Assembly: GCA_945861685.1 (NCBI GenBank)
Contig: CAMAVO010000001.1
Location: 1 to 53,738 of the forward strand
Direction: 5' to 3'
DNA length: 53,738 nt
DNA from: Chitinophaga pinensis
Lineage (GTDB): Bacteria; Bacteroidota; Bacteroidia; SXHM01
How positions within the stretch are numbered: position 1 is the first letter of the stretch; every line of letters starts with the position of its first letter. The translations under genes were made by a program, and so were the position numbers. Below the pieces are notes generated by a model that had not been told where the DNA came from, did not search any database, and saw only the letters and a program-made list of their open reading frames with translations. Positions 17,602 to 26,557 of this stretch are shown piece after piece.

Positions 17602-19500
17602 TTATCTGCCAAGGTGGATCATCAGAACAGAGATATCGGAGGGCGATACTCCGCTTATGCGAGACGCCTGACCGAGTGTTCTTGGTTTAATTTTGGTTAG
17701 CTTTTGGCGGGCTTCAATAGATAGAGATTTAAGCACACCGAAGTTAAAATCATCATGAAGGATTGTATCCTCAAGGCGGTTTAGCTTGTTGGCCATTTCC
17801 TGTTCCTTTTCTATATAACCTTCATACTTCATTAGTATTTCTGCCTGCTCTGAAATCTCCTGATTGTTGTTAAAAGTAGCATCCATGTATTCTTTCAAAT
17901 CAGGAATTCCTTTATACAAATCCGGGAAATTAATTCCGGGACGAGCCATGATGCCAAATAGTTTTACTTTCTGGTCGATGGGGTTTGATCCAATGTTTTC
18001 CAGAACAGGATTTATTACTTCAGGGCTTACACTTTCTTTTTTGAAGTAGTTAATTACCTGTTGAGCTTTTTCGTATTTATCGCTTACTTTATCTAAGCGC
18101 TCTTTATCAACCAGACCTAATTCATAGGCAAGGGGTGTGAGGCGCATATCGGAATTGTCCTGGCGGAGGAGAATACGATACTCGGCACGGGAGGTAAACA
18201 TGCGGTAAGGTTCATCGGTTCCCTTGGTTACAAGGTCATCAATCAGTACACCGATATAGGCTTCGGAACGTTTTAAAATAAACGCAGTTTGCGCATTGAT
18301 TTTTCGATGTGCGTTTATACCTGCCATCATACCTTGACAAGCTGCTTCTTCGTAGCCGGTTGTGCCGTTTATTTGTCCTGCGAAGTAGAGGTTTTCTACC
18401 AGCTTTGTTTCTAAAGTAAGGTGTAATTGCTGAGGCGGGAAGTAATCGTACTCTATTGCATAGCCCGGACGGAACATCTTCACGTTTTCGAAGCCTGTTA
18501 CCTTCTTAAGTGCCTTATACTGAATATCTTCAGGCAATGAAGTGGAGAATCCATTGATATAAACCTCCACCGTATTCCATCCTTCGGGTTCTACGAAAAG
18601 CTGATGGCGTTCTTTGTCGGCAAAGCGGTCAATTTTATCCTCAATAGAAGGGCAGTAACGCGGTCCTATGCCTTGTATGCGTCCTGAGAACATGGGTGAT
18701 TTATCAAAGCCGGTTCTCAACAGGTCATGAACCTCATCGTTTGTGTACGTTAAATGACACGAAATCTGTTTCTTAGGCTCTTGTCCGTTTTGTGTAATAA
18801 AAGGGCTTGTGCCTTCTGAAAATGAAAATTTCGATGGGTTTTCGTCACCGGGTTGTTCTGTCATTTTGGAATAATCCAGAGAGCGACCATCCAAGCGGGG
18901 AGGGGTTCCGGTTTTCATTCTGCCACTTTCAAAACCAAGCTGAACCAATTGTTCGGTTATGCCGGTTGAGGCTTTTTCAGCAGATCTTCCGCCACCAAAA
19001 TTTTTCTCGCCAATATGTATTACTCCATTCAGAAAAGTTCCATTGGTGAGGACAACTGCTTTGCAACGGAATTCAATTCCCATAGAGGTGCGCACTCCGC
19101 ACAATTTTCCGTTTTCGATGATTAGCGAGCTTACCATGTCTTGCCAAAAATCAAGATTTTTGGTTTGCTCCAGCATATTGCGCCATTCTGCGGCAAATAG
19201 CATGCGGTCGTTTTGCGTGCGTGGACTCCACATGGCGGGCCCTTTTGATTTATTCAGCATTTTAAACTGAATGGCCGACTTATCACTCACTATTCCTGAG
19301 TAGCCTCCCAAGGCATCAATTTCGCGTACAATTTGGCCTTTGGCTATGCCTCCCATTGCGGGGTTGCAACTCATTTGTGCAATGGTTGCCATGTTCATGG
19401 TAATGAGCAATGTTTTACTGCCAAGATTGGCAGCAGCAGCAGCAGCCTCGCATCCTGCGTGGCCGGCACCTACTACTATTACATCGTATTTTTCGAACAT
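17602..19500 (-). CDS. mnmG: tRNA uridine 5-carboxymethylaminomethyl modification enzyme MnmG (GidA)
   Basis: YDVIVVGAGHAGCEAA FAD motif, with full-length conservation typical of MnmG. Start trimmed to MFEKYD. Confidence 0.95.
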   Translation of the reverse strand: MFEKYDVIVVGAGHAGCEAAAAAANLGSKTLLITMNMATIAQMSCNPAMGGIAKGQIVREIDALGGYSGIVSDKSAIQFKMLNKSKGPAMWSPRTQNDRMLFAAEWRNMLEQTKNLDFWQDMVSSLIIENGKLCGVRTSMGIEFRCKAVVLTNGTFLNGVIHIGEKNFGGGRSAEKASTGITEQLVQLGFESGRMKTGTPPRLDGRSLDYSKMTEQPGDENPSKFSFSEGTSPFITQNGQEPKKQISCHLTYTNDEVHDLLRTGFDKSPMFSGRIQGIGPRYCPSIEDKIDRFADKERHQLFVEPEGWNTVEVYINGFSTSLPEDIQYKALKKVTGFENVKMFRPGYAIEYDYFPPQQLHLTLETKLVENLYFAGQINGTTGYEEAACQGMMAGINAHRKINAQTAFILKRSEAYIGVLIDDLVTKGTDEPYRMFTSRAEYRILLRQDNSDMRLTPLAYELGLVDKERLDKVSDKYEKAQQVINYFKKESVSPEVINPVLENIGSNPIDQKVKLFGIMARPGINFPDLYKGIPDLKEYMDATFNNNQEISEQAEILMKYEGYIEKEQEMANKLNRLEDTILHDDFNFGVLKSLSIEARQKLTKIKPRTLGQASRISGVSPSDISVLMIHLGR

Positions 19501-19507
19501 GGGGGCG

Positions 19508-19515
19508 CAAAGATA
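19508..19515 (-). promoter_or_regulatory. -7 box TATCTTTG, 7 nt upstream of the mnmG ATG
   Basis: The reverse complement of caaagata matches TAnnTTTG. Confidence 0.45.
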
Positions 19516-19581
19516 ATGCAAAAGTTACCACCCCCCAACCCCATCCTTAAACAAGGAGGGGGAGCAGAGAGAAAAAACAGC

Positions 19582-20025
19582 CTAAAACCGCTTCAAATAA
19601 AAATCTTCTTTGCCCGTCATCTGGGCTTTGTCTGCGGGTTTTTTGTCTTTGTAGCCGAGGAGGTGAAGCAGGCCGTGTACCATTACGCGGTGGAGTTCAT
19701 GGGCACGTGAAACATTGAATTTTTCTGCGTTTTCGGTTACGCGGTCTATGCTGATAAAAATGTCGGATGTCAGGTGTCGGATGTGGGATGTCTTCGGACC
19801 TCGGGCCACGGACACCTGACTATTATCAAACGTAATTATATCGGTAAGTGTGTTATGGTTCAGGTGTTTTTTATTCAGCTCCAGCAGGTAATTATCACTG
19901 CAAAAAATGTAGTTGAGTTCTTCAATTGCTCCGCCTTCTTTTTTGGCAACAGAAGATAACCAAGAACGAACTTTTGTTTTGTTCTTCAGTGTAAACTTTA
20001 TGTCTTGGGTAAAGAAGCTGATCAT
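19582..20025 (-). CDS. ybeY: rRNA maturation endoribonuclease YbeY, carrying an in-frame repeat insertion
   Basis: HRVMVHGLLHLLGY zinc motif and TDIITFD...SDIFISIDRV. Start trimmed to MISFFTQD. About 15 extra residues (QVSVARGPKTSHIRHL) are encoded by a palindromic element. Confidence 0.85.
   Translation of the reverse strand: MISFFTQDIKFTLKNKTKVRSWLSSVAKKEGGAIEELNYIFCSDNYLLELNKKHLNHNTLTDIITFDNSQVSVARGPKTSHIRHLTSDIFISIDRVTENAEKFNVSRAHELHRVMVHGLLHLLGYKDKKPADKAQMTGKEDFYLKRF
19761..19820. repeat. Word-type palindromic element (CGGATGT words; GTCAGGTGTC...GACACCTGAC termini) inside the ybeY coding sequence
   Basis: tgtcggatgtcaggtgtcggatgtgggatgtcttcggacctcgggccacggacacctgac has 10-bp terminal inverted repeats at 19769-19778 and 19811-19820. 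The reading frame is preserved. Confidence 0.7.
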
Positions 20026-20043
20026 TGTGGTGGGCAAATATCG

Positions 20044-20105
20044 GTTTTTTTACCACAGAGAAATTTGCCACTAAGGCACTAAGAACACCAAGGCTCACTA
20101 AGAAA
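20044..20105. repeat. Word-type repeat (TTTTTTACCACAGAG..., CACTAAG words)
   Basis: tttttttaccacagagaaatttgccactaaggcactaagaacaccaaggctcactaagaaa. Confidence 0.8.
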
Positions 20106-20134
20106 TTTTTTTGTTTGGTATTCAAAATCTTTTC

Positions 20135-20142
20135 TATATTTG
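20135..20142 (+). promoter_or_regulatory. -7 box TATATTTG with TTTG -33-like element at 20114-20117
   Basis: Exact TAnnTTTG match. No annotated gene follows on this strand before the terminator at 20281. Confidence 0.4.
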
Positions 20143-20229
20143 CTCACCTGAACCCCACCTCACACCACTAATGAAACACGCTCTAATGCACTATAAAGCA
20201 CCTCTGCAAGCCTTATACAGCGCGGGTTT

Positions 20230-20247
20230 ACACACACACACACACAC
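20230..20247. repeat. Dinucleotide microsatellite (AC)9
   Basis: ttt-acacacacacacacacac-ag, read directly from the sequence. Confidence 0.95.
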
Positions 20248-20280
20248 AGTTCTTTACTAACTGATTTTTTAAATTTTAAA

Positions 20281-20322
20281 AGGAAGGCTGTTGCGCGAAG
20301 CGCAACAGCCTTCCTTTTTTTT
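20281..20322 (+). terminator. Rho-independent terminator (orphan)
   Basis: aggaaggctgttgcgc-gaa-gcgcaacagccttcct followed by T7. Confidence 0.8.
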
Positions 20323-20362
20323 ATGATTTTTCAATTAAACTAAAACCAAAAAAACCAAAAAA

Positions 20363-20791
20363 ATGAAAACAATTAAAATTTTAAGCTTGCTCACTTTTAT
20401 CGGATGTTTATCTGTTTTACATGGCTGTAAAAAAGGAGAAAAACCTTCCGTAGATTTTACTTTTCAAGGCGGTGGCTGCACAGCACCCTGCGCTGTGTTG
20501 TTTGATAACACTACAAAAGATGGCGAAACATTTCATTGGGATTTTGGTGATGGGCAAATCTCAGAAGACGAAAACCCTGCTGCGCATGATTATAATCAAG
20601 GAGGAACATACACTGTAACTCTAACTTCATCAAATGAGCATGGAACATCTGCAACCTCTCATGAGGTATTTGTTCAGAACTCAACACAATCTCAATTACC
20701 AACAGCAAGCTTTACTATAAATAATAACGGTTGTACAGCACCATGCACTGTTAGTTTTACAAATACATCTCAACTGCTATGCCATAGCTAG
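20363..20791 (+). pseudogene. Truncated PKD-domain lipoprotein gene
   Basis: Lipobox LHGC, then one complete PKD domain (FHWDFGDG...GTYTVTL). A second PKD domain starts (ASFTINNNGCTAPCTVSFTNTS) but ends abruptly after ~25 residues at the edge of a repeat cluster. Confidence 0.6.
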
Positions 20792-20807
20792 AATGACTTA
20801 AATCATA

Positions 20808-20916
20808 AAAAAATCTGTGAAATCTGTGGTGAAAGAATCTTCGCGGTAAAAAATCTCAGTGCTCTTAGTGTCCTTAGTGGTAAAAAAACCTTTGCGCCTA
20901 GTGGTAAAGAAAAAAA
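20808..20916. repeat. Cluster of four word-type repeats in reverse orientation (each ends GGT[GA]AA...)
   Basis: aatctgtgaaatctgtggtgaaa / atcttcgcggtaaaaaa / tctcagtgctcttagtgtccttagtggtaaaaaaa / cctttgcgcctagtggtaaagaaa. Confidence 0.8.
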
Positions 20917-20958
20917 CCTAATCCAGCTTCAGCACCGCCATAAACGCACTCTGCGGCA
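20917..20958. repeat. 42-bp direct repeat, copy A (duplicate of the lepA 3' end)
   Basis: cctaatccagcttcagcaccgccataaacgcactctgcggca is identical to 22212-22253. Confidence 0.95.
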
Positions 20959-20971
20959 TCAGCGTATTGTT

Positions 20972-22096
20972 TTATTGAAAAAGTTTGGTATAGTCTTTAA
21001 ACACATAGAGCTTTCCTCTTTTAGCCCCAGTTATTTCTTTAATTATTTCAAGTCTTTCTAATTCAGCTATCAATTTATAAACAGAAGGTAACGAAAGCCC
21101 CGTAATTTCTTTTGCTTGTTGCGCATGTATAACAGGCCGTTGAAACAGATAATTTATAAGCAGTTGAGCATTGTGAGAACGACTTCCCATTGTTTGAAGT
21201 TTTGCATCAACCTCTTTTTCAAGCTTTAAAATTTTGTCAAATGTGGCAATACTGCTTTTAGCCGTTTCAATAATACCTACCAGAAAAAATTTAAACCACT
21301 GAAGAACATCATTTTTTTCTCTTACACGGGTTAAATTATCGTAATACAAGGTGCGATTTTTTTCAAAAAAATCAGATAAATAAAGGATTGGCTTTTTCAG
21401 AATTCCTTTCTCAACAAGATAAAGCGTAATCATTAAACGACCCACGCGCCCATTACCATCTAAAAACGGATGTATGGTTTCAAACTGATAATGAATCAAA
21501 GCAATTTTTAATAATTCAGGAAAAAAGAACTCGGTATTATGAGCAAAATTTTCCAAATCGCCCATATAATCATTTATACTTGAATGAACCGGAGGTATAA
21601 ACGTTGCATCATTTATACTAGCGCCCCCAATCCAGTTTTGACTGCTTCTATACTCACCTGGAAGTTTATGTTTTCCCCTTACCCCGTTCAATAAAATTTG
21701 ATGAGTTTCTTTAATCAATCTTGATGAAAGTGGCAGCTTCTCTAACCTTGCTATTGCTGAATTTAATGCTGAAATATAGTTTTGAACCTCTTCCCAATCA
21801 TCGCGTTTTTCCTCGTTCACATCTTCTATGTCCAAAAGAGCTTCTTCAATATTGGTTTTTGTTCCCTCTATTTTACTTGATTGGGTTGCCTCTTTTAATA
21901 CATGCATACTGATAAACAAGTCAATGTTTGGGATATATTCAGAATACATATCTAGCCTGCCAATTTGCCTGTCGGCCTGACTCAGAAGATTTAGCAACTC
22001 CATATCTTCAATCTTCCAAACCCTGTTGATTTTTTCAGGCTGAAAGCTCTTATAGGAGCCTTGATTAATAAATTGACCAGATTTGAAATTTTTCAT
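20972..22096 (-). CDS. Fic-family protein (class II, N-terminal inhibitory helix; C-terminal wHTH-like)
   Basis: HPFLDGNGRVGR is the Fic motif HxFx(D/E)GNGRxxR. SSKIEG is the (S/T)xxxE(G/N) inhibitory motif. 374 aa. Confidence 0.9.
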   Translation of the reverse strand: MKNFKSGQFINQGSYKSFQPEKINRVWKIEDMELLNLLSQADRQIGRLDMYSEYIPNIDLFISMHVLKEATQSSKIEGTKTNIEEALLDIEDVNEEKRDDWEEVQNYISALNSAIARLEKLPLSSRLIKETHQILLNGVRGKHKLPGEYRSSQNWIGGASINDATFIPPVHSSINDYMGDLENFAHNTEFFFPELLKIALIHYQFETIHPFLDGNGRVGRLMITLYLVEKGILKKPILYLSDFFEKNRTLYYDNLTRVREKNDVLQWFKFFLVGIIETAKSSIATFDKILKLEKEVDAKLQTMGSRSHNAQLLINYLFQRPVIHAQQAKEITGLSLPSVYKLIAELERLEIIKEITGAKRGKLYVFKDYTKLFQ

Positions 22097-22150
22097 TGTG
22101 CACAGAGAATTAACTTTAACAAAGGTACACCTTATTTAAGAAAATAAATA

Positions 22151-22185
22151 AAATCTTAATTAGCGATAACTGCTAATTAAGATTT
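22151..22185. promoter_or_regulatory. Perfect 14-bp inverted repeat upstream of the Fic gene
   Basis: aaatcttaattagc-gataact-gctaattaagattt, 55-89 bp upstream of the Fic start. Candidate operator. Confidence 0.45.
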
Positions 22186-22211
22186 CGCGCAAAATAATTA
22201 ATAGACTGAAC

Positions 22212-22253
22212 CCTAATCCAGCTTCAGCACCGCCATAAACGCACTCTGCGGCA
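22212..22253. repeat. 42-bp direct repeat, copy B (functional lepA 3' end)
   Basis: Identical to 20917-20958. Encodes [12 protein letters not shown] plus the stop. Confidence 0.95.
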
Positions 22254-24021
22254 CCTCAACCGAGCCCACCTGCTTCATACGTTTTTTACCTTCTTTCTGC
22301 TTTTCCAACAGTTTACGTTTACGCGAAATATCACCACCGTAACACTTGGCAGTAACGTCTTTACGCAAAGCCGAAATGGTTTCGCGGGCAACAATCTTGG
22401 CACCTATGCCCGCCTGTATCGCAATCTGGAATTGCTGTTTCGGAATAAGCTCTTTCAGTTTCTCGCAAATTCTGCGACCGAATTCATGCGCTTTACTGCG
22501 GTGGATAAGGGCAGACAAAGCATCCACCTGTTCGCCATTCAGCAGAATATCCAGTTTTACCAGATCCGATTCGCGGTAGTCTAATGGGTTGTAGTCAAAC
22601 GAGGCATAGCCGCGCGAAATGCTTTTCAGTTTATCGTAGAAATCAAAAACTATTTCCGCCAGCGGAAGTTCAAAAATCAACTCAACACGGTCGGTAGTTA
22701 AATACGTCTGGTTCTTCATAATACCGCGCTTTTCCATGCACAGGCCCATGATAGCGCCAATGTATTCGCTCTTGGTAATAATGGTTGCAAGAATGTAAGG
22801 CTCCTCCACGTGATCCAGTTTGCTCGGGTCAGGAAACTCAGAAGGATTACGCAAAATTGTCTTCACCAGTTTGGTGTTAAACGAGTGGTACGATACGTTG
22901 GGAACGGTAGTAATCACCGTCATATTAAACTCGCGCTCCAAACGCTCCTGAATAATTTCCATGTGCAGCATACCCAAAAAACCGCAACGGAAACCAAAGC
23001 CCAGCGCGGCACTGCTCTCGGGCTCCCACGTAAGCGAAGCATCGTTAAGTTGCAGTTTTTCCATACTGTCGCGCAGCTCTTCGTAGTCATCGGTATCAAC
23101 GGGATAAATACCCGCAAACACCATCGGTTTCACATCTTCAAAACCCTGAATAGTTTTTAAGCAAGGATTATCAACATGGGTAACCGTGTCGCCTACTTTT
23201 ACCTCACTCGCCTTTTTTATGCCTGAAATAATATAGCCTACTTCGCCCGGACCCAGTGTGTTTTTGGGTTCGGGAGTTAATTTTAAAACGCCTGTTTCGT
23301 CAGCATTGTATTGGTGATCGGTAGCGGCAAATTTTACAAGGTCACCTTTTTTCAGCGTGCCGTTAAACACACGTATGTAAGCAATAATTCCGCGAAAAGA
23401 ATTGAACACCGAATCAAAAATCAGCGCCTGCAAAGGAGCTTTCGGGTCGCCCTTGGGACAAGGGATGCGTTCAATAACCGCGTCCAGAATTTCAAAAACT
23501 CCGTCACCCGTTTTACCCGATGCCGCCATAATTTCTTCGCGTTTGCAGCCGAGTAATTCCACCACCTGATATTTTACTTCTTCAGGATTAGCACTTGGTA
23601 AATCAATTTTATTCAGCACGGGAATAATCTCCAGATCGTTGTTCAGCGCCAGATACATATTACTGATGGTCTGCGCCTGAATACCTTGTGAGGCATCAAC
23701 CAGCAACAGCGCACCTTCGCAGGCAGCCAGTGAGCGCGATACTTCGTAAGAAAAGTCAACGTGTCCGGGAGTATCAATCAGGTTAAGCGTGAATGATTGC
23801 CCTTTATATTCAGGTCTTTCGCCACGATACGTGTATTGCATTTGTATTGCGTGGCTCTTAATAGTGATGCCGCGCTCGCGCTCCAGGTCCATATCATCCA
23901 GCACCTGCGCCTGCATATCGCGCTTGTTAATGGTGTTGGTAAATTCAAGCAGACGGTCGGCCAGCGTGCTCTTGCCGTGGTCAATATGGGCTATTATGCA
24001 GAAATTGCGGATGTTTTTCAT
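22213..24021 (-). CDS. lepA: Elongation factor 4 (LepA)
   Basis: [21 protein letters not shown]1 motif, [12 protein letters not shown]. Start trimmed to MKNIRNF. Confidence 0.95.
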   Translation of the reverse strand: MKNIRNFCIIAHIDHGKSTLADRLLEFTNTINKRDMQAQVLDDMDLERERGITIKSHAIQMQYTYRGERPEYKGQSFTLNLIDTPGHVDFSYEVSRSLAACEGALLLVDASQGIQAQTISNMYLALNNDLEIIPVLNKIDLPSANPEEVKYQVVELLGCKREEIMAASGKTGDGVFEILDAVIERIPCPKGDPKAPLQALIFDSVFNSFRGIIAYIRVFNGTLKKGDLVKFAATDHQYNADETGVLKLTPEPKNTLGPGEVGYIISGIKKASEVKVGDTVTHVDNPCLKTIQGFEDVKPMVFAGIYPVDTDDYEELRDSMEKLQLNDASLTWEPESSAALGFGFRCGFLGMLHMEIIQERLEREFNMTVITTVPNVSYHSFNTKLVKTILRNPSEFPDPSKLDHVEEPYILATIITKSEYIGAIMGLCMEKRGIMKNQTYLTTDRVELIFELPLAEIVFDFYDKLKSISRGYASFDYNPLDYRESDLVKLDILLNGEQVDALSALIHRSKAHEFGRRICEKLKELIPKQQFQIAIQAGIGAKIVARETISALRKDVTAKCYGGDISRKRKLLEKQKEGKKRMKQVGSVEVPQSAFMAVLKLD

Positions 24022-24031
24022 TTTCGGGGCG

Positions 24032-24039
24032 CAAAGATA
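24032..24039 (-). promoter_or_regulatory. -7 box TATCTTTG, 10 nt upstream of the lepA ATG
   Basis: The reverse complement of caaagata matches TAnnTTTG. Confidence 0.45.
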
Positions 24040-24050
24040 GAAATAAGAGG

Positions 24051-24090
24051 CAATAGCCAATTAGCCAAATAGTGCCTTAGCGGTAAAGAA
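24051..24090. repeat. Word-type repeat (CCAA[TA]TAG / CTTAG words)
   Basis: caatagccaattagccaaatagtgccttagcggtaaagaa. Confidence 0.7.
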
Positions 24091-24091
24091 T

Positions 24092-25576
24092 CTAAAATTT
24101 CAAATACCCCATCAACCCATGCAACCCGCCCTCGCGACCAAAACCGCTTTCTTTATATCCCCCGAAAGGTGATGTAGGGTCAAATTTATTATAGGTATTT
24201 GCCCAAATAACCCCTGCGCGAAGTTTACTGGTCATGTTAAAAATCTTCGAACCTTTATCTGTCCACACGCCCGCAGATAAACCATAAGGAATGTTGTTGG
24301 CTTTTTCAATCACTTCTTCCACTGTGCGGAAAGTCTGAATAGTCAACACAGGACCAAAAATTTCTTCCTGCACCACACGGTGACTTTGCGAGGCATTTAG
24401 AAATAATGTCGGCTTACAGAAATATCCTTTTTTAGGAATGTTGCACGAGCTCTGGTAAAAATCAGCTCCTTCTTTTTTACCAATCTCAATGTATTTGTTG
24501 ATAGTCGCTAATTGCGCTTTTGAATTGATAGCACCTATGTCGGTGTTCTTGTCCAGCGGGTCGCCAACAATCAATGTCTCCAATCGGTCTTTCAGTTTGC
24601 GGATAACTATGTCAGCAACTCCTTCCTGCACAAACAGGCGTGAGCCCGCACAGCAAACGTGTCCCTGGTTAAAAAATATTCCGTTGATAATTCCTTCCAC
24701 CGCCTGGTCAATTGGAGCATCTTCAAAAATAATATTGGCGGCTTTGCCGCCTAATTCGAGCGTTGCTTTTTTCTTTGTTCCGGCAATTGCTTTCTGAATT
24801 AGTTTGCCCACATCTGTGGATCCCGTAAAAGCAATTTTATCAATATCGTGATGATTAACAATTGCCGCTCCGGTGCGCCCTGCACCAGTAACAATGTTAA
24901 CCACTCCATCAGGTAAACCGCTGTCGGCAATCAGTTCAGCAAGTTTCAGCGCGGTTAGCGAAGTGGTTTCGGCAGGTTTTAAAACAACAGTATTTCCAGT
25001 TGCAAGAGCAGGAGCAATTTTCCATGCCGCCATTAGCAACGGAAAATTCCATGGAATAATTTGTCCGGCAACACCCAGTGATTGCGGCTTGCGGTTCGGA
25101 AAAGCATACTCTAATTTATCCGCCCAACCTGCGTAATAAAAGAAATGATTTGCCGCCAACGGAATATCAATATCACGTGATTCGCGGATTGGTTTTCCTC
25201 CGTCCAGCGTTTCTATAACACTGAACTCGCGGGCACGCTCCTGTAACAAACGAGCAATGCGGTAAATGTATTTTCCGCGCTCTTTTGCAGGCATCTTGCT
25301 CCACACATTAGTGTAGGTTTTACGAGCGGCTTTCACTGCTTTATCCACATCTTTTTCATCGGCATCAGCAATGGAAGAAAGCTTTTCTTCAGTAGCAGGA
25401 TTGATAGTGTCAAAGTATTTTCCGGAACTTGGTTTTACAAATTTACCGTCAATAAAAAGTTCGTATTGCGGTTTAATATTTATGTGCGAAGTGCTTTCAG
25501 GCGAAGCTGCATAAGCCCATTTAGAATCACCCAAGCCGAGCGAATTTTGTTTTTTCTTTTCTGCTGTTGTTGCCAT
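24092..25576 (-). CDS. NAD(P)-dependent aldehyde dehydrogenase
   Basis: LELGGK and FFNQGHVCCAGSR (catalytic Cys) motifs; 494 aa. Confidence 0.9.
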   Translation of the reverse strand: MATTAEKKKQNSLGLGDSKWAYAASPESTSHINIKPQYELFIDGKFVKPSSGKYFDTINPATEEKLSSIADADEKDVDKAVKAARKTYTNVWSKMPAKERGKYIYRIARLLQERAREFSVIETLDGGKPIRESRDIDIPLAANHFFYYAGWADKLEYAFPNRKPQSLGVAGQIIPWNFPLLMAAWKIAPALATGNTVVLKPAETTSLTALKLAELIADSGLPDGVVNIVTGAGRTGAAIVNHHDIDKIAFTGSTDVGKLIQKAIAGTKKKATLELGGKAANIIFEDAPIDQAVEGIINGIFFNQGHVCCAGSRLFVQEGVADIVIRKLKDRLETLIVGDPLDKNTDIGAINSKAQLATINKYIEIGKKEGADFYQSSCNIPKKGYFCKPTLFLNASQSHRVVQEEIFGPVLTIQTFRTVEEVIEKANNIPYGLSAGVWTDKGSKIFNMTSKLRAGVIWANTYNKFDPTSPFGGYKESGFGREGGLHGLMGYLKF

Positions 25577-25579
25577 CGT

Positions 25580-26503
25580 TTAGTCTTTTGAAAAATAATC
25601 TCCGCTTTGGTAAACACCGTCTTGCTCTTTTTGCAATTGCATTAAAATATCGTTTGCTAAACTACTCGCTCCAAAGCGATACCATTCGTTGCTAAGCCAT
25701 TTGTCACCTAATGTTTCACGTAGCATTACCAGATATTGCAACGCAATTTTTGCAGTTGAAATGCCTCCTGCAGGTTTCATCCCCACCATTTTTCCGGTTT
25801 TATAATAGTAGTCGCGAATGGTTTCCAACATCACCAACGTTACAGGCTGTGTGGCGGCAGGAGAAATTTTTCCTGTTGAGGTTTTTATAAAATCGGCTCC
25901 TGCATAAATCGCTATTTCACTTGCTCTCCGCACGTTATCAAGCGTTGATAGTTCTCCGGTTTCTAAAATTACTTTCAGTCGCGCAGTACCGCAGGCTTGT
26001 TTCACCGCAGCAATTTCGTCAAATACATAACTGTAGTTTCCTTCCAGAAATTCACCACGTGAAATCACCATATCCACTTCATCTGCTCCATTGTCAACCG
26101 CAAAATGGGTGTCTGATATTTTTACTTTTCGTGTTGATTGTCCGCTTGGGAAAGCAGTTGCAACCGAAGCTACTTTTATGTTTGTTCCTTCCAGGCATCT
26201 TTTTGCAAGTTTCACAAAAGTAGGGTAAACACAAACTGCGGCAACGGTAGGAATACCCTGCATAACATCGTGCAGATGTGCCGCTTTATAACACAGTTGT
26301 TTTACTTTTCCTTCGGTATCTTTTCCTTCCAGTGTAGTCAGGTCAATCATGTTCAGTGCAAGTTTTAATCCCTGCACTTTGCTTTCTTTTTTTATGCTGC
26401 GCGTTTGAAATCTTGCAACACGTTCTTCCACGCCAACCTGATCAATACTTGGTGTTTTGCTGAAATCAGGAAGCGTTAAAATAGTTGTTGATTGTTTTCG
26501 CAT
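25580..26503 (-). CDS. deoC: Deoxyribose-phosphate aldolase, long (eukaryote-like) form
   Basis: IDLTTLEG, AAVCVYP, DFIKTSTGK (Schiff-base Lys), KPAGGI and WYRFGASSL align along the length with long-type DERA. Start trimmed to MRKQSTT, supported by a -7 box. Confidence 0.85.
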   Translation of the reverse strand: MRKQSTTILTLPDFSKTPSIDQVGVEERVARFQTRSIKKESKVQGLKLALNMIDLTTLEGKDTEGKVKQLCYKAAHLHDVMQGIPTVAAVCVYPTFVKLAKRCLEGTNIKVASVATAFPSGQSTRKVKISDTHFAVDNGADEVDMVISRGEFLEGNYSYVFDEIAAVKQACGTARLKVILETGELSTLDNVRRASEIAIYAGADFIKTSTGKISPAATQPVTLVMLETIRDYYYKTGKMVGMKPAGGISTAKIALQYLVMLRETLGDKWLSNEWYRFGASSLANDILMQLQKEQDGVYQSGDYFSKD

Positions 26504-26510
26504 TTGCAGC

Positions 26511-26518
26511 CAAAGATA
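26511..26518 (-). promoter_or_regulatory. -7 box TATCTTTG, 7 nt upstream of the deoC ATG
   Basis: The reverse complement of caaagata matches TAnnTTTG. Confidence 0.45.
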
Positions 26519-26557
26519 TAAAGAGCGAAAGAATTGACGCATTTCACCTGCAAAACC

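Larger units (their letters stand above)
20149..20322 (+). ncRNA. Candidate ~170-nt small transcript (sRNA or 29-codon sORF mRNA) containing an (AC)9 tract
   Basis: Bounded by the -7 box and a perfect 16-bp-stem terminator. C/A-rich and G-poor. The sORF at 20171-20260 encodes MKHALMHYKAPLQALYSAGLHTHTHTVLY. No known RNA family recognised. Confidence 0.35.

Noticed and set aside
19333-19710. 125-aa plus-strand ORF spanning the mnmG start and ybeY end
   Set aside because: It overlaps two conserved minus-strand genes and reads through a poly-C/G hairpin repeat. It has no protein-like features.
22097-22212. Hidden integrase or att core within the Fic upstream region
   Set aside because: The region is only 116 bp with no ORF. 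It contains the 14-bp inverted repeat, which is more simply an operator. No recombinase signature exists anywhere in the cassette.
24092-26503. deoC-ALDH pair as a novel pathway
   Set aside because: Both are ordinary, well-conserved enzymes in a plausible deoxyribose/acetaldehyde catabolic pairing. Only the long, eukaryote-like DERA form is mildly notable.
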